Shown: in pieces, positions 10,546 to 23,620 of the stretch
How the letters are laid out: each line of letters starts with the position of its first letter
Position numbering within the stretch: the stretch's first letter is position 1
Assembly: GCF_902713615.1 (NCBI RefSeq)
Contig: NC_052162.1
Span: forward strand, 108,651,811-108,715,810
Length of the DNA: 64,000 nt
Origin: Scyliorhinus canicula
Taxonomy: Eukaryota
Reading direction: 5' to 3'
Position numbers and translations under genes: made by a program
Notes under the pieces: model-generated
Seen by the model: only the letters and a program-made list of their open reading frames with translations
What the model was told of the DNA's origin: nothing
Databases searched by the model: none

Positions 10546-12255
10546 GGCCTACTCCATTTGCCATTTCTCTGCCCAAGTCTCCAACGGATCTATGTCCTTC
10601 TGTATCTTCTGACAGTCCTCAACACTATCTGCGACTCCACCAACCTTGGTGTCACCTGCGAACTTACTAATCAGACCGGCTACATTTTCCCCCAAATCGT
10701 TTATGTACACCACAAACAACAGAGGCCCAAGGACCGATCCTTGTGGATGACCACTAGTCACAAACTTCCATTCAGAAAAACACCCTTCTACTGCTACACT
10801 TTGCCTTCTGTGACCGAGCCAGTTCTGTATCCATCTTACGACCTCACCTTTGATCCTATGTGACTTCACCTTTTGTACCAGTCTGTCCTGAGGCACCTTG
10901 TCAGAGGCTTTACTGAAGTCCATGTAAACAACATCCACTGCCCCCCCCCCCCCATCATCAATCATCTTTGTCACCTCCTCAAAACACTCAATCAAGTTAG
11001 TGAGGCACGATCTCCGCTTCACAAAACCATGCTGTCTATCACTTATGAGTCCATTTGTTTCCAAATGGGTACAAATCCTAACCCTGAGAATTCTCTCCAA
11101 TAATTTACCTACTACCGACATGAGGCTCACCGGACTTTGGTTTCCAGGATTATCCCTGGTACCTTTCTTAAACCGTAGTATCACATTAGCTATTCTCCAG
11201 TCCTCTGGGATCTCACCTGTAGCCAATGAGGATACAAAGATGTCAGTCAAGGCCCCAGCAATTTCCTCCCTTGCTTTGCTCAGTATTCTGGGATAAATCC
11301 CATCTGGCCCAGGAGATGTATCTATCTTAATATATTTTAAAAGACCTAATACCTCTTTGATGTTAACATGATCCAGACTGTGCACACACCCTACCCAAAA
11401 ATCAACTTCCACAAAGTCCCTTTCTTTAGTGAACACTGGTGCAATGTATTCATTTAGTACCTCACCCATTTCCCCTAGCTCAGCACATAGATTCCCCCCC
11501 ATTGTCCTGAAGTGGTCCAAAACGTTCCCTGGCCACACCTTTGCTTTTTACATACGAATAAAAAGCTTTGGGATTCGCCTTCATCAAACTTGCCAAGTAC
11601 TTTTCATGACCCCCCTCCTACCCTCCTAATTTCCCATTTCAGTACCTTCCTACTTTCTTTATACTCCTCAAGGGTTTCGATTGTTCCCACCATTCTAAAC
11701 CGGACAAAAGTCTCCTTTTTTTCTTTTTGATGACGTTCAGAATATCCCTTGTTATCCAAGGCTCCCTAAACTTCCCATACTTATCCTTCATTCTCTCAGG
11801 AACGTGACTTTCCTCAATCCTAATAACTGTCGCTTGAAAGAGCCAATGTTGATTTATTATCCAACAGCCGCACTCAATCCAAATTCTTCAGTTCCTATCT
11901 AATGTTATCGTAATTTACCTTCCCCTAGTTTAGCACCTTAATATGAGGGTTACCTTCATCCCTGTCCAAAAGTACCCTTAAACGTACGGAATTGTGGTCA
12001 CTACTCCCAAAATGTTCCCCTACTGAAACCTCAACCACCTGTCCAGGCTCATTCTCTAATCCCAGATTCAGTACTGCCCCTTCCCTAGTTGGACTATCTA
12101 CATATTGCATCAAGGCGACTTCCTGGATACACCTGACAAATTCTGCCCCACCCAGCACTAAGTGAGTCCCAGTCAATATAGGGGAAATTAAAATCCCCTG
12201 CCACAACAACCCTGTCACTTTTGCACCAATCCAAAATCTCTCTACTTTTCTGCTC
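10546..12255 (-). mobile_element. CR1 LINE ORF2 fragment (EN-RT)
   Basis: ORF 10549-11538 has SPGPDGIYPR, RQHGF, VYMDFSKA, PQGSVLGPLLF and SKFAGD; EN motif GDFNFP near 12190. Confidence 0.9.
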
Positions 12256-12259
12256 CTTT

Positions 12260-12480
12260 ATCCAATTATTTTTTTTTCCAATTAAGGGCCAATTTAGCGT
12301 GGCCAGTCCACCTACCCTGCACATCTTTTGGTTGTGCATGTGAGACCCATGCAGACACTGGGAGAATGTGCAAACTCCACACAGTGACCTGAAGCTGGGA
12401 TCGAACCTGGGTCCTCAGTGCCAAAGGGTGCAGTGTTGGCCCCTGCACCAGCGTGCCACCCACTACACCACCGTGCTGCC
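12260..12480 (-). mobile_element. HE1-like V-SINE, short A-tailed form
   Basis: tRNA-like head (GGTTCGATCCC), V-domain TGTGGAGTTTGCACATTCTCCC, tail GCTAAATTGGCCCTTAATTGGAAAA. Confidence 0.8.
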
Positions 12481-12799
12481 TTGTTCATTGACTTCTTTAA
12501 GGAAGATTGAAGTGTCAGCAGAGGGGAAGGGGGAATAAGGGGCTTAAAAATAGAGAATGAAGGATGAGCGAAGGGAAGGGGGGGCGGGGTTTGGCTATTT
12601 ATTATGTTGTACAATTTTGCTTCTGCTCTTATTTGTTTTGTTTGTTTATATAAATGCGTTGTTTATATAAATGCTGCTGATCATCTCAATGGTATCGGCT
12701 GGTCACTGTGATCCCTCCCCTAACTTTGTCATAAGGATCCAGAGAATTCCTATATAGTTCTGGGACAAAGGGACTGCCCTTGGTCGCTGCGGAGGTTGC

Positions 12800-15370
12800 G
12801 AGTCTCCCGCTTGAGGGAGGGCGAGCGGACATACTTCTGAGAGTTACTGGAGCGGTTTGCGGTTGGAGTGTGGGTCCCCTCGTGGCTGAAAGTCCTGTAC
12901 AATGCCCCCAAGGCGAGCATTTGGACCAACTTCACCAGCTCTAAATACTTCCAGCTGCACCGAGGCATAAGGCAGGGATGCACACTGTCCCCGCTCCTGT
13001 TCGCCGTGTCACTGGCGATCGCTGTGCAAGACACAAAAAACTGGAAGGACATCCAAAGAGGAGGCAGAGAGCACAGAGTTTCACTTTATGTGGACGACCT
13101 GCTCCTCTAAGTCTCTGATCCGTAGAATGGTCTGAAAGCAATGATGCAGCTCCTGGAAGAGTTCAGAGTCTTCTTGGGTTAGAAACTCAACCTGGTCAAG
13201 AGCGAGGCATTCCCGGTGAACCCAAATGGGGGAGGGAAAGAGCTGGAGAGACTACCATTCAAACTAGCGCAAAATAAATTCCGCTACCAGATCCAGATAG
13301 ACCATGACTGGACACTAATCAACGACTGGACACGGACCTACAAGTGGAATCTGACCACGGGACTAGCTTCAGTGGTTTTGTGCAGGGAAGGTCATGTCTT
13401 ACAAACCTAACAGAATTCTTGAGGAAGTGACAAAGTTAATTGATGAGGGAAGGGCAGTAGATGTCATATACATGGACTTCATTAAGGCGTTTGATAAAGT
13501 TTCCCATGGCAGGTTGATGGAAAAAGTGAAGTCGTATGGGGTTCAGGGTGTACTAGCTAGATGGATAAAGAACTGGCTGGACAACAGGAGACAGATTAGT
13601 GGTGGAAGGGAGTGTCTCAAAATGGAGAAAGGTGACTAGTGGTGTTCCACAGGGATCCGTGCTCGCACCGCTGTTGTTTGTGATGTACATAAATGATCTG
13701 GACAAAGGTATAGGTGGTCTGATTAGCAAGTTTGAAGATACTAAGATTGGTGGAGTTGCAGATAGCGAGGAGGACTGTCAGAGAATACAGCAAAATACAG
13801 ATAGATTGGAGAGTTGGGCAGAGAAATGGCAGATGGAGTTCAATCCAGGCAAATGCGAGGTGATGCATTTTGGAAGATCTAATTCAAGAGCGGACTATAT
13901 GGTCAATGGAAGAGTCCAGGGGAAAATTGATGTACAGAGGGACCTGGGAGTTCAGGTCCATTGTACCCCGAAGGTGGCAACGCAGGTCGATAGTGGTCAA
14001 GAAGGCATACAGCATGCTTGCCTTCATCGGACGGGGTATTGAGTACAAGAGTCGGCAGGTCATGTTACAGTTGTATAGGACTTTGGTTAGGCCACATTTG
14101 GAATACTGCGTGCAGTTCTGGTTGCCACATTACCAGAAGGAGGTGGATGCTTTAGAGAGGGTGCAGAGGAGGTTCACCAGGATGTTGCCTGGTATGGAGG
14201 GTGCTAGCTATGAAGAAAGGTTGAGTAGATTAGGATTGTTTTCGTTGAAAAGACAGAGGTTGAGGGGGGACCTGATTGAGCTCTACAAAATTGAGAGGTG
14301 TGGACAGGGTGGATAGCAACAAGCTTTTGGGGCGTTAATTACAAAGGGTCACTGATACCAAGGTGAGAGAGGGAAGGTTTAAGGGAGATGTGCGTGGAAA
14401 GTTTTTTACGCAGAGGGTGATGGGTGCCTGGAACACTTTGCCAGCAGAGGTGGTAGAGGTGGGCACGATAGCATAATTTATGATGCATCTAGACAGATAT
14501 ATGAACGGGCGGGGAACAGAGGGAAGTAGATCCTTGGAAAATAGGCCACAGGTTTAGATAAAGGATCTGGATCAGCACAGGCCGGGAGGGCCGAAGGACC
14601 TGTTCCTGTGCTGTAATTTTCTTTGTTCTTTGACCAACAGAGGTGGGATGCCTCCTGCTTTTCCTGGCCGGGAGGGTGCAGTCGATCAAGATGAACATAC
14701 TGCCAGGCTCCTCTTCCTTTTTAGTTCCAATACAATCTTCATCCCCAAGGCCTTTTTCCATAAATAGACAAAAGATCATGGGGTGGGGGGGGGGGCTAAG
14801 AACCCAAGGATCCCTAAATTGATATTGCAAAGGAGGAAAACTATGGGCTGTCTGTCCCTGTCGAATCTACAACACTACTGCTGGGTAGCTGCCGTAGAGA
14901 GGGTGAGGGGATGGATACATGAACCCAACATGAAATGGGCGAGGTCGAAGGAATCTTCCTGCAAGGGAATGATCCTCCGGCCCCCACTACATCAGCGTTC
15001 CCTACCCACCCATTTCCTCCACCCCCACCCCGCCCCACGAAATACACATCCTGCCCAGTGGTGGTTGCCACACTAAAGATATTGAACCAAATGAGGCAGC
15101 ATTTTGTTCTAACCCAGATGGCCCCCCCCTGCGGAAACCACAAATTTCCACCAGCCAGACACGATGCCACCTTTAAAAACTGGAGACCGGATGGGGGATG
15201 CTAGCAGTCAGGGACTCTTGCATCGGGGACAGACGAGCGACCTTGAGCGAACTGACGGAAGACCAGGAACTCGGACATCTCCAAATTGAACACTTTCTCT
15301 GCAAGGAGACTACAAGTTACCGCAGGGCCCCGGGGGACACATTACTCGAGAAACTAATAAACATGGACAG
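12800..15370 (+). mobile_element. Degenerate L1 ORF2 (RT), split by the CR1 at 13358-14630
   Basis: RGIRQGCTLSPLLF and HRVSLYVDDLLL; the frame resumes after 14631. Confidence 0.8.
13358..14630 (+). mobile_element. 5'-truncated CR1/HER1-like LINE nested in L1
   Basis: RT motifs YMDFIKAFDKV and GVPQGSVL, C-terminal LYRTLVRPHLEYC, TTCTTTG tail; TGACCA at 13352-13357 and 14631-14636. Confidence 0.9.
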
Positions 15371-17078
15371 TAAGAACACTGAACCACTGCAACTCCGACA
15401 CAGGATATGGCAGATGCTGAAAATCCCACTTCAATACAGAAACTGTTGGAAGCACTCAACAGGTTTGAATTGCGCCCAACTGCCTCATTTGCTCCTCTGA
15501 CCCGGATTTTGGACTGGAAGGTGTCAGGTGACCTGATGCCGGTGCTGCAGGGGCGGAGGGGTAGAGGCCCGATTCTGCTGAACAACTTGAAGGCTGTACT
15601 GCCATACATTTTTGGACTTTTATTTTCTTGTTCTGTAATTTGCTTTGTCATTTTGTACGGTAGAACTGTTGATTACACTAAAATATACTCAACCTGGGTT
15701 GTTGATTATTGGCGGCGTTTCCTGTTTGGGAATTAAAGCTCGGGACATCAATTCCAGACACTCGTCGTCCTGTTTGGACTGTTGTCCAGAGGCTGGGCTT
15801 GGTGCAGGTTGCTGCTGCTTTCTGGTTGTCTGCTGTCTATTCCAGTGTGTGTTTGCTGCCTTATCTGCCTGTGAAGAAACAAGAGAAGAAAGAAAGGACC
15901 AACAAGATAAAATATTCACTAAATGGTAGATAAAATATACACTAAATGGTAAAGGTTTGGAAGATGCGCAGTAACATAAGAGGAACAGCTTGTCTTATTT
16001 ATCAGCAGATTTGAGGATCCAGTCTCAGCAACTTTAAAACCCTATTAAGAACTTTAAGGTGATCAAATTCTCTGTCCTCCACCGTATCTTACATTGATCC
16101 ATCAATCAGAGTAAACATGCAAGTCCTGTGTGTCTGCAATCACTTACATGAGGTCAGCCTGCTGGATGGAACCTCGGGCTCCCTGAGCTTGATTTCTGCT
16201 GTCTCTAATCCTGACTGCTTCCTTACATCAGGATCCCCTCACTTTTATACCCTCCAGTTCTGGCCCCTGACTCTTTGTCTTCTCTGAGTTTTGGCAGGAA
16301 GTGAGGAAAAGACAGATGGAATTGACTTCTCTGATTGCTGTTAATTCTGTTACATTATAATCTGATTGGTTCTTTGGCTTCAGTTTATATTGAGGTTATT
16401 AACAGGCAATGTCTGTCATTTTTCCTGATATGATTAGAGTTTCCAATTCGTTGATTCTAGGCAATGGAATGTCATCAGTGTTGCCTTGGTGACTTGTCTG
16501 CAGTGAAGGGCCTGTTTAGGTTTCGAACTCCGACTAAGCTTCTCTCTCCCTATATCTAGATATATTACCTCTGTGTCTGTTAACCGTCTCACAAGGGGTT
16601 CAGATACATAAATCTTTTAATTTGAAGGTCATGTTTAAAATGCTGTTTGAGCCCGTGACCCCACTTTTTTCTTAATTAATTTGTAAATCATTGGTTCGGC
16701 TGCATTTAGAATATTGAGTTAATTTTTTGGCATCTTACAGCAGGATTGATGTCGAAGCAGTGGAGAGGATGCAAGAGAGATTCAGAGATGATTCCATGGC
16801 TGAGAGGCTGCAGCACAAAAGGAGGTCATTTGGTCCATCATGCCAATCCTAGATCTTTTGGAATATCTGAGTATTCCACTCTGCTCTTTCTCTGTCGCCT
16901 GGCAATTATTTCCTTCAAGCATTTATCCAATTTCCTTTTGAAAGTTGCTGTTGAATATGCACCCACCAAACATTCAGACAATGTATTCCAGATGATCACA
17001 ACTGACTGGAATAAAATGTTTTCTTCTGGTGACCTGTCTGCTGTGAAGCTTCTGTTTGTGTTTCTAGTTTATATTTAT

Positions 17079-17220
17079 CTATTGCAATTTAGCGTGGCCA
17101 ATCCACCCACCCCGCGCATCTTTCTGTTGTGGGGGTGAGACCCACATAGACACGGGGAGAATGTGCAAACTGCACATGGACAGTAACTCAGGGCAGGGAT
17201 CGAACTCAGGTCCTCGGCAC
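17079..17220 (-). mobile_element. HE1-like SINE fragment
   Basis: GCAATTTAGCGTGGCCAATCCACC...GGAGAATGTGCAAACT. Confidence 0.75.
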
Positions 17221-17451
17221 AATCTGTTTGTGTTCCGAATTTAGTTCTAACTTCTCTCCCCCATGAGGAGAGATGAGAGAAACTGGGAAACTTTTCATTC
17301 GACTCAACCAGGTTGCGAGGACGTGGGAGAAAGGAGTTCAAAACGGGATCAAGGACACCATCCAAAAAATTATAGACACCCATTTTCTTTTAGGATCTGT
17401 GTCCAGGGGGGAAGCTGATGCATTTATTTCATCATCATTCCACTGAAAAAT

Positions 17452-19371
17452 GGGCAGCATGGTAGCAGACTAGCATAGTGAAGAGCATATTTGCTTCACA
17501 GCTCCAGGGTCCCAGGTTCAATTCCCGGTGAGGACCTTGAGATTATTGCTATCACTAAGAAGGTAGTGATGGGCAAGCTAATGGGGCTGAAGATAGACAA
17601 ATCTCCGGGCCCTGATGGAATCCATCCCAGAGTGCTAAAAGAGATGGCTAGGGAAATTGCAAATGCACTAGTGATAATTGACCAAAATTCACTAGACTTT
17701 GGGGTGGTCCCGGCGGATTGGAAATTGGCAAACGTGACACCACTGTTTAAAAAAGGAGGGAGGTAGAAAGGGGGTAATTATAGGCCAATGAGCTTAACCT
17801 CGGGAGTAGGGAAGATGCTGGAATCTATCATCAAGGAAGAAATAGCACGGCATCTGGATGGAAATTGTCCCATTGGGCAGACGCAGCATGGGTTCATAAA
17901 GCGCAGGTCGTGACTAACTAATTTAGTGGAATTTTCTGAAGACATTACCAGTGCGGTAGATAATGGGGAGCCAATGAATGGGGTATATCTGGATTTCCAG
18001 AAAGCCTTTGACAAGGTGCCATACAAAAGGTTGCTGCATAAGATAAAGATGCATGGCATTAAGGGTAAAGTAGTAGCATGGATAGAGGATTGGTTAATTA
18101 ATAGAAAGCAAAGAGTGGGGATTAATGGGTGTTTCTCTGGTTGGCAATCAGTAGCTAGTGGTGTCCCTCAGGGATCAATGTTGGGCCCACAATTGTTCAC
18201 AATTTACATAGATGGTTTTGGAGTTGGGGACCAAGTGCAATGTGTCCAAGTTTGCAGATGACACTAAGATGAGTGGTAAAGCAAGAAGTGCAGAGGATAC
18301 CGGAAGTCTGCAGAGGGATTTGGATAGGTTAAGTGAATGGGCTAGGGTCTGGCAGATGGAATACAATGTCGACAAATGTGAGGTTATCCATTTTGGTAGG
18401 AATAACAGCAAAAGGGATTATTATTTAAATGATAAAATATTAAAACATGTTGCTGTGCAGAGAGACCTGGGTGTGCTTGTGCATGAGTCGCAAAAAGTTG
18501 GTTAACAGGTGATTAAGAAGGCAAATGGAATTTTGTCCTTCATTGCTAGAGGGATGGAGTTTAAGACTAGAGAGGTTATGCTGCAATTGTATAAAGTGTT
18601 AGTGAGGCCACACCTGGAGTATTGTGTTCAGTTTTGGTCTCCTTACCTGAGAAAGGACGTACTGGCGCTGGAGGGTGTGCAGAGGAGATTCACTAGGTTA
18701 ATCCCAGAACTGAAGGGTTTGGATTACGAGGAGAGGTTGCGTAGACTGGGACTGTACTCATTGGAATTTAGAAGGATTAAGGGGAATCTTACAGAAACAT
18801 ATAAAATTATGAATGGAATAGATAGGATAGATGCGGGCAGGTTGTTTACACTGGCGGGTGAAAGCAGAACTAGGGGGCATAGCCTCATAATAAGGGGAAG
18901 TAGATTTAGGACTGAGTTTAGGAGGAACTTCTTCACCCAAAGGGTTGTGAATCTATGGAATTCCTTGCCCAGTGAAGTAGTTGAGGCTCCTTCATTAAAT
19001 GTTTTTAAGATCGAGCTAGATAGATAGTTTTTTGAAGAATAAAGGGATTAAGGGCTATGGTGTTCGGGCCGGAAAGTGGAGCTGAGTCCACAAAAGATCA
19101 GCCATGATCTCATTGAATGGCGAAGCAGGCTCGAGGGGCCAGATGGCCTACTCCTGCTCCTGCTCCTAGTTCTTATGTTCTTATGTGCGGATTAGGTGGA
19201 TTGGCCATGCTAAATTGCCCTTAGTATCCAAAAAATGTTAAGTGGTGGTAACTGGGTTATGGGGATAGGGTAGATACGTGGGCTTCAGTAGGGTGCTCTT
19301 TGTACGGTCCGGTGCAGACTCGATGGGCCGAATGGCCTCCTTCTGCACTGTAAATTCTATGATTCTATGAT
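17452..19371 (+). mobile_element. HE1-like SINE (long form) split by a CR1: head 17452-17528, tail 19187-19371
   Basis: The head ends at GGTTCAATTCCCGG and the SINE resumes at GGATTAGGTGGATTGGCC with a HER1-type tail (TTCTATGA)n. Confidence 0.75.
17529..19186 (+). mobile_element. 5'-truncated CR1 LINE (RT)
   Basis: KSPGPDGIHPR, YLDFQKAFDKV, SKFADD and LVRPHLEYC; (TTCTTATG)n tail. Confidence 0.92.
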
Positions 19372-19454
19372 CATCGAGGTGAGTAACTACTGTTAAGAAT
19401 CAAACAGTCTCCAGAGTAAACCCATCAGCTTGTCCCCTAAATACAGATACTGAG

Positions 19455-19660
19455 TAAGAAGTCTTACAACACCAGGTAAAAGTCCAACAGGTTTGTTTCG
19501 AATCACTAGCTTTCGGAGCACAGCTCTTCCTCATTCACCTGAGGGAGGAGCTGCGCTCCAAAAGCTAGTGATTCCAAACAAACCTGTTGGACTTTAACCT
19601 GGTGTTGTAAGACTTCTTACTTCGCACACTTCAGTCCAACACCGGCATATCCACATCACC
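19455..19660. mobile_element. Palindromic Penelope-type insert with decayed hammerhead motifs
   Basis: Inverted arms ~19453-19533/19540-19621; TSD GATACTGAG at 19446-19454 and 19661-19669. Confidence 0.85.
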
Positions 19661-19903
19661 GATACTGAGGGACAGGGAATGTCAGAGAGGATGACATTTC
19701 TCACTCTGCAAGGTAGAAATTGATCCTGACTTCACACGGCTCAAACTCTCCATCTGTTTCCCTTCCTGTAACATGACTGAGCTAAAGCCAGCTGATAATG
19801 AGCAGGGCTCAGGGATGATGGTTGCTCAGGACTACAGTGGTGTCATACAGCAGCGGCATTCAGCTCAGCTGTTCCCTCCCTGTTCCTTTAAATTGGAAAA
19901 TCC

Positions 19904-20176
19904 CACCCTGTTTACACTGAGAATCCCAGCGTGGAGAACTTGGGCAAAACCGTCTCCAGACATATCTTACCGTTCATACCGAGAATCCCAGGGTGGAGAA
20001 CTGGGACATCCCATCTCCAAAACTCATCCATCCTGTTCATACTGAGAATGTCAAGGTGGAGAACTGGGACATCCTGTCTCCAGACACCACCCTGTTCGTA
20101 CTGAGAATCCCAAGGTCGACAACTGGGACATCCTGTTTCCAAACATATCCCACCCAGTCCTCACTAAAAATCCCCG
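19904..20176 (+). repeat. Minisatellite, ~60-bp unit, ~4.5 copies
   Basis: Unit ~CCCTGTTCATACTGAGAATCCCAGGGTGGAGAACTGGGACATCCTGTCTCCARACA. Confidence 0.85.
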
Positions 20177-20559
20177 TACATTGGAGGGATCAGCATGTTT
20201 AAATGCTGCATAGAGAAGAGTGTGGTTGGAGCTGTATTAGTAATTTCCATGTATGGCAGGGGGTCAATATTTTCCTTTTGACGATTGTATAGAGGGACTA
20301 TGCCTGAAATCACAGAATCGTTAATTTGGGTGATAACAGTGTATTCGAAATAAGGCGATGGAGCAGGAGAAGGGTCTCGCGCACATGATAAAAGCTTAAG
20401 CGGAGACAGGAGAGAAACTAACTAAAGGTGAGCGTGCAGGGCTCATACGAAGGGGATTTTTTAGAGACGGTTTGTCTCGGTGGGCTCATGGAAAGGAGAA
20501 AAGAAGAGGCAGCTTATCGGATTGTTAACTTCAGGTTTAATGTGGTCAAGGACACCTCT

Positions 20560-23052
20560 TGCTGATTACCAAATACTGTCCACCATTAGCTGATGAATCA
20601 GTACTCCATGTTGAACAATACTTGGAGAAAGCATTGGGGGTGGTGAGGGTACAGAATATATGCTGGATGGGGGACTTCAATGCCCATCACCATGAGTGGC
20701 TCGGTAGTACCACCACAGACTGAGCTAGCTGGGTCTTAAAGGATAAAGCTGGTAGACAGGGACTGCAGCAGGTGGTGAGGGAACCAACAAGAGGGAAAAA
20801 CATACTTGACCTCATCCTCACCAACATGCCTGCTGCAGGTGCATCTGTCCACGATAGTATTGGTAGAAGTGACCACCGCACAGTCCTTGGGGGGGATAAA
20901 GTCCCATCTTTACATTGAGGATACCCTCCATCATGTTGTGTGGCATTACCAACATGCTAAATGGGATAGACTTTGATCACATCTAGAAACTCATGACTGG
21001 GCATCTATGAGGGGCTATGGGCCATCAACGGCAGCAAAATTATAGTCAAACACAATCTGCAGCCTCATGACCCGGCATATCTTCCATTCTCCCATTAGCA
21101 CCAAGCCAGGGGATGAACCCTGCTTCAATGGAGAGTGCAGGAGAACATGCCAGGAGCAACATCAGACATACTGAAAAATGAGATGTCAACCTGTTGAAGC
21201 TACAACACAAGGCTACTTGTGTGCCACACATTATAAGCATTAAGTAATAGAGCGAAGCAACACCACAACAAATGTATCAGATCTAAGCTGTCCAGTCCTG
21301 CCACACCCAGCCGTGAATGGCAGTGGACAAATAAACAACTCACTGGAGGTGGAGGCTCCACAAATATATCCATCCTCAATGATGGAGGAGGCCATCACAT
21401 ATGTGCAAAAGGCAAAGGTGCAACATTTGCAACAATCTTCAGCCAGAAGTGCTGAGGGGATAATCATTTTGGTCTCCTCCGGAGGTCCCCAGCATCACAA
21501 TGTCAGTCTTCAGCCAGTATGATTCACTCCGCGTGATAGCAAGAAATGGCTGAAGGCACTGAATACTGGAACGGCGATGGGCCCTGACAATATTTTGGCA
21601 AAAGTACTGAAGCTGAAGACTTGTGCTCCAGAACTTGCCGCACCCCTATCCAAGTTGTTCCCATACAGCTACAACATTGGCATCTACCAAGCAATATGGA
21701 AAATTGCCCAGGTATGTCCTGTACACAAGGAAACAGGACAAATCCAACGCAGCCAATTACCAGCCTATCAGTCTACTCTCTTTCATCGACAAAGTGATCA
21801 AACTAGTCATCAACAGTGTGATCAAGCAGCACGTACTCACAATAACCTGCGCACAGATGCTCAGTTTGTGTTCCGCCAGGGTCACTCAGCTCGTGACCTC
21901 ATGGTTCAAACATGGCATGGACAAAAGAGCTAAATGCTAGAGGTGAGGTGAGAGTGACTGCCCTTGACATCAAGGCAACATTTGACCGAGCAAGGCATCA
22001 AGGAGCCCCAGCTAAACTGGAGTGAATGGGAATCAGGGGGGAAACTCGGCTGTTTGGAGTCATACCTGGCACAAAGGAAGGTGGTTTGAGGTCAGTCATC
22101 TCAATTCCAGGACACCACTGCAGGAGTTCCTCAGGGTAATGTTCTATGCCCAGCCATCTTCAGCTGCTTCATCAATAACCTCCATTCTATCATAAGGTCA
22201 GAAGTGGGGATGTTTGCGGATGACTGCACAATGTTCAGCACCATTTGTGATTCCTCAGGTGATTAAGCAGTCCATGTCCAAACACAACAAGATCTGGACA
22301 ATATCCAGGCTAGGGCTGATGAGTGGCACGTTACATTCGTGCCACACAAGTGCCAGACAACAACCATCTCCTACAAGAGAGGATTAACCATCACCCCTTG
22401 ACATTCAATGGCATTACCATTGCTGAATTCCCCACAATCAACATCCTGGGAGTTACCATTGATCAGAAAGGCTAGGAGTCCTATGGCGAGTAACTCAGCT
22501 TGTGACCCCCGAAAATCTGTCCACCATCTGCAAGGCAAAAGTCAGAAGTGTAATGGAATACTCTCCACTTGCCTGGATGAGTGCAACTCCAACAACACTC
22601 AAGAAGCTCAACGCCATCCAGGAAAAAGCAGCCACTTGATTATTACCCCTTCCACAAAAATCCAATCCCTCCACCACCGATGACTAGTGGCAGTCATGTA
22701 TACCATCTAATAGGATGCACTGCAGTAACTTGCCAAGGTTCCTTAGGCAGCACCTTCCATACCCATGACCACTACCATCTAGAAGGACAAGAGCAGCAGA
22801 TACCTGGGAACGCCACCATGCGGAGGTTCCCCTCCAAGTCACCACCACCCTGAATTGGAAATATATCGCCGTTCCTTCACTGTCTCTGAGGCAACATCCT
22901 GGAACTCCCTCCCTAACAGTATACCTACATCTCAAGGACTGCAGCGGTTCAATAAAGCAACTCATCAACATCTTCTGAAGGGCCACGGGGAATGGGCAAT
23001 AAATGCCGGCCTAACCAGCGATGCCCACATCCTGTAAAATAATTTTTTTTTT
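20560..23052 (+). mobile_element. Degenerate CR1-clade LINE ORF2 (distinct family)
   Basis: GDFNAHHHEWLGS, PTRGKNILDLILTN, GPDNI, GVPQG and MFADD; 3' end GGGCAATAAATGCCGGCCTAACCAGCGATGCCCACATCC. Confidence 0.85.
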
Positions 23053-23229
23053 AAATGCCACCGCCTCTAACCAGCTCAGTTAGAGCTCCACTACTGGAAG
23101 GTGATATTGTTGGCAGATTAAATTATTTTTTATGATTGAAACCTCATGGAAAAGTCATAAAATGATTGATTCAATTGCTACAACAAAGTGCATGGGTCTC
23201 TATCACTGTTCTGTTCTGTCTGTAATTAA

Positions 23230-23510
23230 GAGCAGAAAAAGCCCTTTGATAGACGTGAATTCACTGGAGTTTTAACAGGTCCGATGAAGAGGTTATTTTT
23301 TCCTTCCAAATATGGACGATTCAAACTGCATCTTGTCAGTAAGGAAGTGCCCATTGTGAATTAAATCCTTAGTACATTTTAAGCTAGATTGTTAGAGGAT
23401 GATCAATTTAAGTAAATCCCTTCGTACAGTGTTTGAATTTTCTCCATCAGATGTGTCTGCTGCTGTATCAACCAAATAGATACTCAAGTGAATCCACTTC
23501 CACATTCTCC
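23230..23510 (-). pseudogene. Heavily decayed C2H2 zinc-finger relic (~3 fingers)
   Basis: Minus strand gives ECGSGFT*VSIWLIQQQTH and SDLLKLQ*IH; aligns without gaps to finger DNA of the left ZNF gene. Confidence 0.55.
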
Positions 23511-23620
23511 ATCACCAGTTCTTCTAAGTTTATTTTATAATTTTGAAACAGGGATAATCGGTGTATCAAACACATCATTGCCTATATATTAGAAGGTTCA
23601 GTATTTCAGTGGGAGAGAGG

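Noticed and set aside
19904-20176. CRISPR-like repeat-spacer appearance
   Set aside because: Eukaryotic context, the linkers are homologous to each other, and there are no cas genes; it is a minisatellite
20340-20530. CpG-enriched patch with TCTCGCGC and a donor-like AG|GTGAGC
   Set aside because: Too short, with no linked exon or homology to the other promoter modules
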